Shown here: positions 11,393 to 23,800 of the stretch, piece after piece | Numbering within the stretch: the first letter of the stretch is position 1 | How the letters are laid out: each line of letters starts with the position of its first letter | Assembly: GCA_963924565.1 (NCBI GenBank) | Contig: OZ004613.1 | Coordinates: 13,454,001-13,518,000 of the forward strand | Length of the DNA: 64,000 bases | DNA from: Ascidiella aspersa | Lineage: Eukaryota | Reading direction: 5' to 3' | Program-made: the position numbers and the translations under genes | Notes under the pieces: generated by a model | Database searches by the model: none | What the model was told of the DNA's origin: nothing | The model's input: only the letters and a program-made list of their open reading frames with translations

Positions 11393-14326
11393 ATGGGACT
11401 GCTTGCCTTGCTAGTTTATGCTGTCTTAACTTTGGCCTGGCAAGTCCAAAGTGTAGAATGGGCTATCTTGGGTAGCGACCACGAACCTTTCGAGCAAGTG
11501 GCTGAAGTAGATGACATCACTTCGTCCAATTTTCAGCAGCTGTACGTTGCTAAAAATACCCCTTTGATCATTCGAAAGGCGCTATCAGGAACTAAACCCT
11601 TGGCTTTATGGGACGATCAATACCTGACAAGGGTACACGGCGATGTTGAGGTGAATATTGACCCGACCAAGTACGAAGACCGCTCGAAACCGAGTGTAAG
11701 CATGTCGCTTGCTGACTTCTTGACAAAATACCGCAACAAGGAGTATTATCTTATCGACACTCTACCCGATTCGCTGCAAATGGAATTCCCTATCCCGGAT
11801 ATGTTACGCTGCGATGGATTTCTAGACAGGCTGCAGGTAAATTTGATTTTAGATAAGCCCAGTTTTATACAACATCTGACGGTCTAATTTAAGAAAGAAT
11901 GGCTTTTACATAAAAGTAAAACCATCCAAAAAAATTAAAACCCAAATTCAAAACAAACCCGGTATTTTCTTGGGTGAAACAAGCAAATCAGTAGAACGAT
12001 AAGACTATTCGTCAAGTTAAAAGCAAAAGGTGTGGTTTGAGTATTTACTAACAATTATGAAAATGCGCTGTTATGCTGGCAAATAGGCTTTTGCATTTGG
12101 AGTAGGCCTACACCTAAATTATTAGAAAAAAAAACTAAAAATGAAAAGATAACGAGAATATAGAACAATAAATACCAAAGTACATATAATACAACCCTTG
12201 AAAGAAAACCGCTTAACAAACTCGCAGTAATACAAGGTTAACAATAAAAGGCAAAACCCCTCGAAATCAATTTCCTTATAGACTTCTATGAAATTGTAGA
12301 ACAACCACACAAACACCGAACTTTATTTTATGTATTTTGTACTATATTTGAGTTTTAAAATTAATTTCATCTATAATTTTAAGATAAGACGAATTGACAG
12401 TTTGTCAAATGGTTGACCATCTTACTCCAAATTTTGAACACAAAGTAGTAAAGTTGGCCTCGATCATTTGACAGAAAACTTTTTGCTAAAAACTTACAAT
12501 GCTTCAAATGCTCTAATTTCCAGGATTTTGTTTGGTGGTTCAGCAGCGGCGGAAGCTTGTCGACTCTTCACTTCGACAATGTGGAGAACCTATACTGTCA
12601 GATATCAGGAGAGAAGAAATGGATATTCGTCGATCCGGTCAATGGCTCCAAACACATTCCTCTGGACCATCCTGAAGGTCTGGCAAACCTGAAACGAGTA
12701 AAAATAATAATTTATTTATAGAAAGTACGTTGGTCAACTCATTTACTATAAATCTCCATAGGTCACTACTGCGGCGTGAACGTTTCAGCCGTTGATTTCA
12801 ATTTATACCCAACTCTTAAGGAGATGCCCTACAGGTCTGCTGAAATAAACGCAGGAGATTGTCTCTACGTTCCACTGAAGTAAGCATGCCCTAATACAGG
12901 TGTAGCCATCTTATGTTTGATGTCGATCGACTGAAATAAATTTTTAGAGACCCTCAAACGACTGCTTCGGTAAAAAAGGCACAGAAACAATATTTTGAGA
13001 GTTAATTGCATTCCAAGCCAGCGATGGAGGTTAATTTGTTACGCCAAAGAACATATTAGGCTTATTAGGCTTACCCAATGGCGTAACACATATTCGACGC
13101 GATCGACCAAGTGGAATGCGGTCGATCGCGATCGACGTGTTGGCTACCCCTGCCCTAATAGGTTATTTTATTTTAAGTTTCTCAAATGTGTCATTTGTCA
13201 ATCATTTCGAATCACCGACATTATGCTTGAACGAAGGATTTTTCCTATTGTTATTTTTAAAAATAGTTTAGGCCTACGTAAACCTTAAAAATAAATTGAT
13301 ACTTAAATAGAAACCTGGGGTAACACCTTTGGTGCAATATCAGAAATTTGTCAATGCATAAACTCAGTTCCGCCATTTTTTGTTCGTCAGCTGGTGGCAC
13401 CAAGTACGCAGTTCCCCGGACCGCAACATGGCGGTCAACGTTTGGTGGGCTCCCAGTCTCGACGCAGCAGTAGACGACTTTCCATGCGAGATGCGCAACC
13501 AAAGCGAGCTCAGCCTCTCCGACCTAAGCTTCACTTACGGCGAGTGGATTCGCTTCAGCCTGGCGCAGCTGGCTGGGCAAAACGGTGGCAAGCTTGACTA
13601 TGGGACGATGCGCGAACGCGTGGTGCACGAACACACTGGACAGAAGCTGGTGACTAGGCGCTCGTTCGAATTGCTGGATTCAGACAGAAACGGTTTCGTC
13701 GAATTGGGCGAACTGCGGCAACACACTGCCAGGACAATACACGACGCCGTTCAACAAGTACCAGTCGGTAAGTAATGGTTTGTACTTAGGAATACCGAGT
13801 AGATTTTCACGCCTTAAAACGTTAAAATATAATTAGTTTTAAATTACGACGGTCGTAAGATTCACACACTGAATTTTAAATGGGCGATTCGTTTTCTGCC
13901 TAGTGCAGGTATTATCCTTAGAACTTATAGCGGATCCTGAAACTCGTTGGGGCTCAACAAAAGTATGCATCACTACAGAGTGTCATTTTACGGTCTTCCT
14001 TATGTATATTAGTTTATATCATTATCCTACTCTATTGGCATTTCTCTTCCACTAAGAAAAATAGCAAAAATCACTCGACTATAGTCGAAATGCACATATA
14101 CCACTTTAGATGTGTAATCAGTTTCCAAAACTTATTCTTAGGCAGGTTAGTAAGACTTTAATACACTTACACAGTTATGGTAACAATGCTATGAATGTTT
14201 CCTCAGCAAACCAAAGGCCGTTTCCGTTTAGGTGCAATGAACATTAATGGAGAAGGGGGACGGTCGGGCGAATACGATGAAGCAACGACCAAAGATTCGT
14301 GTGAAGGCAACGGAAAGTGCGGATAA
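11393..14326 (+). CDS. Secretory-pathway JmjC (cupin-8, JMJD7/TYW5/FIH-like) 2-oxoglutarate dioxygenase with C-terminal EF-hand, 395 aa
   Basis: Exons 11393-11836, 12524-12677, 12762-12879, 13391-13767, 14232-14326 (1188 nt, in frame, GT-AG). Hydrophobic N-terminus MGLLALLVYAVLTLAWQVQS. Motifs TPLIIR, WWFSSGGSLSTLHFDNVENLYCQISGEKKW (HxD plus 2OG Lys), AGDCLYVPLNWWHQVRS (distal His), EF loop DSDRNGFVELGE. Confidence 0.88.
12897..13152. mobile_element. hAT-type MITE in JmjC intron
   Basis: TIRs CAGGTGTAGCCA / TGGCTACCCCTG (1 mismatch), perfect 8-bp TSD CCCTAATA (12889-12896, 13153-13160), subterminal GATCGAC repeats. Confidence 0.88.
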
Positions 14327-17300
14327 AGTACCTAATTGCCAGCATTGTCGAAATGGGAACCGGAGGCAGATATAAGCCTGTAAAAATTATGCTGAGCATA
14401 AGACGTTGTAAAACACCCAGTGTGTTTTTGCTTTAAAGTCCACAATGCACATTTTTAATCGTTTTAAAAATCGGAACGTTTTTATTTATAACATCTCTAT
14501 TTGAATTTTTGCTTTACGTGCTGGTAACATTTTATTGCACGTGTTTGTGGTCGGTTCATTGGTTTTAAACTAGATCGAACAACAAAGTAAAAAATGTTGA
14601 GTGAACACCTGGTAATATCCCAGGTATGTGTGCCATAAAACACCTATAGTAGTTCAAAAGAAAGGAATTATACAAAACCTTTTCACCATGTTACGCTGTA
14701 ACTATAGGCTGACAACGAAAGCCATTGTTTTGACCTTTGTATCGCACGCAGTTTTTAGTTGTTTGTCGTAACACATCGAACTAAGTTTTATGTGCTGTTT
14801 TAAAATTGAAATAGCATATATTACTAATATGTCAATCCTGTATGTCGCAACAGGTCTTCTTCTTAATATAGTTTTTACACAAAACTGTATTTTTCAGTAG
14901 CTATAGAACAGGTTGCATTATTTTCTCTTGGAGGAGCATCAATAAACAGAATGGCCATACTTTATTACTTAAAAAACGGCTAAGAAAAAAAATGTGTACC
15001 AATTTAAAAAGAACGATACACATTTAACACTCCACCTTTAGGTTTCTTACCGCGATGGGTGAAGGATGTAGTTAAATTGTTGGTTTTCCTTGGTCCCTGT
15101 ACACCGAATTTCTGTTTTCTGTTATAAAGTTATCAAAACTTCGACTTGGGACGTTTTTGCAGTAACGAAACTGTATTTGTCGGGCCTATATAATCCCGTC
15201 TCGAGTATATAGGAAAGTAACAACATCACAGTACATTGACAAAAAAAATACAACCCAGCATTGGCACGGAAGGGTCAGTTAAGTTAGAGAGCACACATTA
15301 TAACGGAGAGTCGTTACTGGTTACTGAGTATTGTACTTAATATTCTGCATACCCGCGTACAAAAAATAACACAATAAGACTGCGAAACGGTGTACATCGC
15401 GCAACACACCAACACAGTACCACTTGAAGCAAGATAACTTACACAAGACGCAAAATGTAAAAATGCGTACAAAGAATGTCGACATATTAGGACAAGCTTA
15501 AAAAGTTGTGGTAGCCTTTTAACTAAATGCGGTCTATTACTGCTAGGTGTGATTACTCTAGTTCCACCGAATCAAAACACTGGGAAAAAGCCTTTATAGT
15601 GGAGAATAACAAACAGCAACACGCGCACAAGACAAGAGTGAAAAATTCCCAAAGTGCACAAACAAGAAGAGTAAACGGTGAGCCGAAAATTTGCTATCAA
15701 TTAAGGGAAAATTGTGACATGCAATAAACGGTGCATAGCTGTAATATGGCATGTGGGGTTGGAGTCGAAAATTAAAACAGCGTGTTTTGTGGGCTTAGGA
15801 CTTGCGTTTCTCAATTTTCGGCAGCCATAATTACCGAATATTGCAATAGGCGCATAAGGTAATTGATAGTCAAAGTGATTTAAAGAAGAATTTACTTCAA
15901 GAGGATAGTTTATAAATTAAAAAAAAGTATTTTAGGTTAAAAGTAATTCTTTCTCAGAAAAGTTCTTAAAACACCACGCAGCTTGATTTAAAAAGGTACT
16001 TTTTGTTCAGAAATGGATTTTTAAATTCTGATCAAGGCAAACCAAACCAAGCCAACAAACGCTACCATTGTAATAAAAAAATTATACAAAGCGACACAAG
16101 GCATACAACATATATACATGGCCGTTTTGAGAACTCCTGACACTACCACCATATGTAAACTATGCACCAGAAAGAGATCGGTATTGGTTAAAATAATGTA
16201 TTTACAAGCCTAGTCTTCAAAAGATGTATTACACTTCTCAATTCTTTGACAAAAATACTACTACAGTTTTCAATGAACACGTTACTTAACGAACCGAAAA
16301 CAGATATGGAAAACTTTTTTTGCAAATTAAAGATGTTTTGGTGTATAACGTTGCTAAACCAATCACGCAGCACATCGCAGCTAAATTATGGCGATGCGTA
16401 GCGCTCATGAAAAACAAGCAATAACGGTAGAACAAAACAAAAATTTCTATAGAGAAGCTCCGGCTAGGTGCATCCTTCACAAAACTTTATTTCTCAATTG
16501 GAAAAATGAAAAATATCTTTTGACACCAAAAACGAAAATGTAATTGACAACTAACTTGACCGAAATCATACCAGCACATTAAAAATGTTTGGTTTGATTG
16601 GGCATTTTAAAGCTAACCTTAAATAGGTCTCTTGGTTTAGAACCTTGAGTTTATTGATACATCCCGCAAACAGAAATTGTAGAGACCAGCTCCCAAAGGA
16701 AAGTCACAGCTGCCTAACACACCAATAAGGTAAATAAATGCTAGTAACTCAGTAAAAGTTTCCGGTTATTATTAGTGCTACAGGTTAAATCAAGGTTAAA
16801 CTAGCTGGCAAGATAGCATTGCTAAGTTTATCATTTACGCGCAAGGTAACCTTCACGAAAGAGTTGACAATCACAGAGAATCTACCACGCAAGTGCAGTA
16901 GGTAGCGTGTTGATTGATTAGTTAGTCAGCGTTTGAACCAATAAAAAGCAAGCACAGCGCTTCACATTTTAACAAACAGAACTCAGTGATCAAGGTTGGG
17001 AAATCACAGTTTGGTACACGGAAACTGTTAGTTGGTCGAATGGTGTTTAACAAACCTTTTTGTCAATTTAAATCGTTCCGATTAATAAGAAATATCACAG
17101 CTAAAATGTCAGTAATGCTAAAGAGGGGTTTTCCTTTGTTATTTTTATAAGAGCACCTGCCATTTAGTGGTCGAATGTAAAAGTGTAAGGTGACATATGG
17201 AGTTTCAATTTGTTTGACTAGTTCGAAATGTGGGCACCAACAACGACCATACATCCTAATTTAGATAGAAGGCTTTGCTCACTTGAAGCAACGCACGTTG

Positions 17301-17852
17301 CGGAAGTGTGGCAATAAAGCCGGATTTTTCACTGCGGTAATTATATGGGGATTAGCCGACATGAGAACGAATTTTTTGGCCAAATAAAAGGCGTAACCAA
17401 CCTTGCGAACTTCGGGGGAGCAAATTCAGTGCTACAACACCAAACGAACAGTCAAGCAAGCAAGAGCAAAACGAAAAGCTTAACACAAGGGATTTCTCAT
17501 ATAAAGTACCGACGATAATACGCAAACGAGTGTTTGAAGAAACAAAGGTAAAACCGAACGAAAAAACAGCGGACGCAGCCGACACGGGTATGTATGGAAA
17601 GAACGTGACGCAAAAAAAAAGAGCGGAACCGCGTATTTTGGAGTTTTCAAGTGTCTTCGACCTGACGGACTTTGTGGAACAAACAGGCGCAGCAGAACTG
17701 TTAATGAACAGGCGGCGGGTGAAACTTTTCTTTTCGTAGAGCGCCCGCTCCACTGTATAAAGACCGCCTTCGCATAAAGTCGAGCGAAGAAAGGTTAGGT
17801 GAATCGCCGCGTAGAAACGACGCATGGGTGACGTAATTAGACGATTCTGACG

Positions 17853-20800
17853 TCAGACCCGCGATCCTTCGTTGGCCTGCGCGCAAACGTCGACCACCAC
17901 CACCTCGTCCCTACTGCTGGCCGGAGCCCGCTGATCCTCTTGTTGATGTTGCTGGTTTGAAGTGGAAGGTAAACGATCGTGGCTGTCGGGCGAGACTGGG
18001 GAAACTGGAAAGAGAGCAAATAAGTTGGCGAGAGAAATGAAGGCACTGAACATAGGTCAAGCGTTGTTATTTGATGGTTGGACCTTTCCCAAGGAAATGC
18101 TCCGTTTGAAAGCGACTGTTTGGTTGTGGAAAAAACCTTTTTTGTTATTGCAAAATTATAATACATATTATCTTTATTGGTACAAGTTCGCAGTGAAAAA
18201 TTTGATATCTCGAAAATAAGAATTGTCGGGCTTCAAAATAATATCGACTTTTCAATTTAAGGGTGTATTTTTACTTTTGGAGTATAAAGAGTGGCTTTAA
18301 TATAGAATAATTAAGATGTAAACTATCAGTTTAATCTGGCCAAACACACAATTTAGGCTATACTATCATGGCAGTGCGAAATGTTAAGCATACAACCAAA
18401 CCATAGGAGTATATGTCTACTTAACAAGTAGGTTTATAGGTGAGTGCAAGTGTTAATGATATAGGTATTTTGAGAGAACCCGTTCATTTTATAATTCCTG
18501 GACTAAAAACTTGTATAACCAGCAACATTTTTACATTAAATTAGCAACATTTTTACATTAAATATACCGCAACATTTTTACATTAAATTAGCAACATTTT
18601 TACATTAAATATACCGCAACATTTTTACATTAAATTAGCAACATTTTTACATTAAATATACCGCAACATTTTTACATTAAATTACATATAAAGATAACTG
18701 CAATCTGCAGATTAAAATTTAGGTCAATAATAGTGGGTAACATTTCGCAATACAATAAACTTTAAGTAACAAATAACAAATATCTATATAATAAACAGTC
18801 GTTTCCAGTTAAACGAAACATGCTTACATTTTTTGATAATTTATTACAGATTATTACGTAAACTTTCTTAATTTTATTCAGTATACAGTACTAAGGCATC
18901 TAAAAAAACAAAAAAACTAAGTAAATTTTTTACAAAAAAACTAAGTAAATTCACTCTGGTTTTATGACGTTATTGTTACGTCACAAGCGAATTGATACAA
19001 TGGATTTTTTAAAAGCCAAGTCTTTCGGAATTTTTAGTTACTCGTTTATTGTCTTTTCAAGTTAGATGAGCGAGCCAGGTTTTTTATTCGTGTCGACTCA
19101 AAGCTGTTTTCTACCTTTGACGAGATTTTATGCTTCAGTTTTCAACCGACCAGCTTGCAAACTACTTTCAGGTGCTGCAAAAGTGTGCAGTTCACTTCTC
19201 ATTGGAAAAACAGGTGACCAACATTGTCTCTGATATGGTTATGTGGTTGGACATTGTCATGGCTTGAAGACGGATGCTTCATCGCAAAGAGTTAAGTATA
19301 ACTTAAGAAAGAATCGGTACGAAGGGAGCCTTTATTAAAACTTTACCACCTATCTGCAAAGGGTTGTACAAGCCAAGAAAATCGCTTCTGGAGGCATGCA
19401 AAGCATGAATTATTACGTTTCGTTTTTTATCAGAATATAGTACATACAATATTGTTTTTTCTAACACGCACATAAATTTTAGAATACTGTTTTTATTTAT
19501 TGCAAAAGAGATTGCTTGCATTTCAGGTATGGTTGTGTAAAACTGCCAGTGCTGTAGATAGTTTACTTAAAAAAAGTGAAAGATGGAGTACAAGCCGACT
19601 TGACAACATGCAGCTCGTCATTCCAAAGTGCTTTGTTGTATTTTGGACAGCTTCTGTTGAACAGAGGTTTTGCTACTTTTTTACAAAACCGTCACCCTGA
19701 CATTTTTTATTACTGTAATTCATTGTGACTGCTGGACAGTCAAACCTTTTTTGGGACATTCCGGGTGATACCAGCGTTCTAATCTTAATAAAAAAACAGC
19801 AAAGGCACGAAACCTTTTTTGGGACATTCCGGGTGATACCAGCGTTCTAATCTTAATAAAAAAACAGCAAAGGCACGCAAGCCACCACACTTCCAGCAAG
19901 GTCTTGTCGTACTCCAAAGAAGGCAAATAAAACAAATAAACCCTCAATAATCAATAATTAATTGCAAAGAAGCAGTGCAATTTCCTGTAATAGTCGCGTA
20001 CAGTCATTACAGCATACAGAGATGGGACTGAGGGGAAAGCTTGCACCTGTGCATTAATACTGGTTTGCCAAAAGTGGCCCAGGGGGAAGCTCGGTTTTGT
20101 AAAAAACACCAAATTTACCGATATAAACGGTTCCAGAAGAAGATTGGCTGCGTTATTAGGAAGAGAGGTTAGTGGAACAAGCTCAATTAGAAGCAAGGCA
20201 AAAAATGATCTAAAGGTACAAAATAAGCCACTTCTTCCGTCCTCGAAATGATCAATAAAATCCCGAAGAAGAAAATGTTCGTCAATCACTGACGGAAGAA
20301 AATTGGCAGCGTTACTATGAAGAAAAAATAGCAAACCAAAAAGCACAGAGAAAAATGCAGTGGGCAAGATACAACCTAAAAAGAGGACACGTCTTACTGC
20401 AAAGGCAACAACCAAAGATGGATCTCACACCAAATTGAGGGAACCAAGCAGCTTTGAGAAACCCGTGAAAATGGGTTGCCCTAAAAAATCCTTCACAACA
20501 CTCCGGGCTCCTCAACCTGTAGCTCCCAGCTACAAAGTGAAGTCAACAAATGGCCTTAAGGCGCCGGGCAAAGTTTTGTTTGCCTCAAAACTACTTGCAC
20601 CTATCAGTCTTACGGCGCCTGAACGCAAACAGTCCAAACTGCACCAACCAGGCCAACCGCAACAATCGGCAGTTTTTACACGTTTTCGAGGGCATCAATG
20701 ACATAAATATAAAAGATTTAGCGTTCGCGCTTAAAATGTTATTCCCGGAAAATGCGGCTTCGATGATGAAGGCGATTCAACTTTCCACGACAACCGAGCA

Positions 20801-23800
20801 AGAAAATAGAGAATCAAGACGACGGGATTACAAAGATGGAAAGAGCCTTGACGAGGCAGAAACTGTCGCGGATCCAGGACCGTGAGCATCCAAGCTTTTT
20901 ATCCTCGGTCTTCAGCAAGATGACAAAGTCGACAATAATGCGGAGGAGCATTTCGGAAGAGGACCACAACTTGTCCCATGTGTGTCAACTCAAAACGGCA
21001 TACCGGTAAATTGCTGTCATTTTATAGAGTTACGTTTAACTATATTTTATTGAAACTCTTGGTTGTGTTTATAGGTAGACGATAACAGAAATTTCGACTT
21101 AGATCCAGAGGTACTTTTTTTTCGTGGACGAGTTTCCCGACCACGTCTTTCCGCTGATAATAACCATCGAAGATGTCGGCCGGCTTTTCCGTCCTACTAT
21201 TTGCAAATCAAGAAAAACAAAACTTGCAGGGATGAAAAAGGGACGAAAAGCTTCCCGACATCAAATGGGTCGCATTATTATTTTTTTACTTATTATTGTT
21301 TGAAATAAAAACGTGTAAACCTTGTATGTTGAGCACGTTAGAGCATATACGTATTTTCTGTCGCAAGTCCAATGCGTAACTTGCGGTTGCAGCCGTTAAA
21401 ACGAGACTAAGTACTCCAAATTAAATCAATACAAGCTTATCTCAAATGTACATCTTCTAGTTGACGATAAAGTTCACAGCATGTTTTAACATTCTAGTTT
21501 TTTCACAAAAAACAGTCATTAATTTTTATACAGATGTTGGTAGCAAACTAAAAAACATTGCAGCGAAGCAGGGCAACATTGTGTAATCAACCTAATGATA
21601 GCTTTGCTTTGCGTCCACGATTCTAATAATCTTGCGTTCAGTGAAACGGTGGCTTGCGTGCCAATTATTACAATAAAAAATATCGCTGGTTATTAGTTGA
21701 TTTTGCGTATACGTAAAAACGAAGCCGTTCAACAAAGCACGACGTATAGTGTAAAGCTTGGGAATATCGTGCTAACAAAAAGGACCTCTGGGAGATGTGA
21801 ACTTTACACTCAAGGTTGGAAAGCAAGCGCCAAGCAATTTTATCAACACGGGACTTATAAATATCATGCGTCATTTACGTAATCGTACATCTGGTATTTT
21901 ACTTGACATCAAGCTTCGTGCATAATAGACAGGTAATCGTGTTTGCAGTAATTCAGAATTTAATTTAGGAAAACAAAAATGACAGCCCGACGACTTTCTG
22001 GGAGTTTTACACTTTAGTTTCGCAAGTTTTGTCACAATGCCTTGGATTGGACGAAGAAAGTTATAAAAATCAGTTATTACCACTTCTACAAAAAAATTAC
22101 TTCTCATATATAAAAGCGGCGCCAGTTGTACATAAGACGACACTAATATTTTAAATCTATTACTTTCAGCATTCTAACAATGCACTGTAATAAAACAGCA
22201 GAAAGCGTTAATAAACTAAAAACTTACAATGGTCGAACAAAACACTCTGCTGTTCGAATCAAAAACCGCAAAGCTGAAAACTACAAGCTACAAGCCTATG
22301 GGTAATTTTTGGGGTGGAACACCAAACGTGTTTCGACATATAACCAAGCAAGTACTAAAAACAGGTTAAAATTAATCTGATGTGTTCGGATAGATAAGTT
22401 CTGTCCCTTTGATGTGACGCAGCCAAATAAAAAACGGCCTTCGCGCTTCGCCAGCGCGGAACCGCGGGTCTCTCGAAGGTGATAAATTATTGAAGCAGAG
22501 GTTCCCGCCGCGGTAACCTTCTTTAACAAACGCCTAACTGACAGAATAGACGCCCTGCTTTCGAAAAATCTATATTTAACGAGATCTAGGACTTCATGGT
22601 TGGTTTTTAATATAGCTTGTCGGATTTTGTTCAGATTTAAAGGGAAATAAATCAGGCGATTTTTTTATTCTTGCGCAAAGCTGTCAGCTGTAATAACAAG
22701 TTAAAAACATCGTGAACATAAAACGAGAGTGTTTTAGAAAGTTTTTTGTGATGGTCAAAATAGATTTTACGCCATACAAAATAATGCAACTGCATTCTGA
22801 AAGAAGCGTTAAAAACTAAGCCAGATTCACCTTAACTAAAGTTTCTACAGCCAACACGATATCTTAACTAACTAAAATGCGTGCAGGCAATACGATCTCC
22901 TGACACACAGGGCTCTGCAGTGCCAAGCAACTGTTGAATAAATTATCTTTAACAAAATAGCCTCCACAATCGTTTCACGACAACTCAAAGGCAATTTCTC
23001 GCTTATTGCGATCGGTTTCAAATTACCTGGAGTGATCATCGGTTGGTCCTGGACATAAATTATTCGGTTGAAAGCTTTCAGTCGTTTCCAGAGCTGGACG
23101 TACACCTGCGTGAAAAAAGGTCAAACAGTGGGTCAGCATTTGTTAGAAAACTATGGAGGCATGTTGACGTCATCGTGACGTCAGGTGTCTGCGGTTTCGA
23201 TAGGGGCGGCTTTAGATCGCGGCCGATTGGAAGCCAAATGTAATTCGTGGAAACGAAAGTAGGCTTTGGCAGAAGTAGCGAAACCGGATAGTTAAGTCAA
23301 TTTACGCCACTTTTTCATTAGAAAAAAACTTTATATATGCAGCTATAATTAGATTCTAGAGATCGACCGTGATCACCTTTTCAGACAGATACCGATTTTT
23401 TTATGTTTTGCCAACCTATATCCGATAACGATTTTTTTGTATTCCTGGGATATGGTTATAAATTAAGTTATTAAAAAACACATATTATCGGTAACCGATA
23501 TATCGGACTATATCTATTGGATTCTAAATCAGTTTATCATTTTTAGTGTTTTTGTCGTATAGTTAACAAAATCAAATAAACGTATTGCTAGAGTTTCATA
23601 GTCCGACGTATACTCATACGACATACGTAATCGTAATTAATTAACAATGAGGGGATTAGGAAAGAAAAATATTTAACACACTATGGTACGACTTGGTTTG
23701 ACTTACCCTCAATAATACCACAAGCCAAGATGGGCGCTTTAATTATTAAATATGTTTAGAGCTCTTTTTTCATATTGATAAGATGTACACAAAAATTGGT

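Larger units (their letters stand above)
18783..21460 (+). mobile_element. Possible non-autonomous Helitron-like element in MARCH last intron
   Basis: 5' A|TCTATATAATAAA at 18782/18783. Hairpin CGCAAGT-N10-ACTTGCG at 21362-21385. Candidate 3' ends CTAAGT (21407) or CTAG|T (21457-21461). The 3' geometry is imperfect. Confidence 0.3.

Noticed and set aside
18522-18684. CRISPR-like array
   Set aside because: No unique spacers, no cas genes, eukaryotic intron context; it is a minisatellite.
22296-22537. Alternative MARCH terminal exon (phase-compatible acceptor near 22537)
   Set aside because: The peptide has no MARCH-like features, and the exon at 18004 has a better pyrimidine tract and a terminal Val. 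Cannot be excluded without transcripts.
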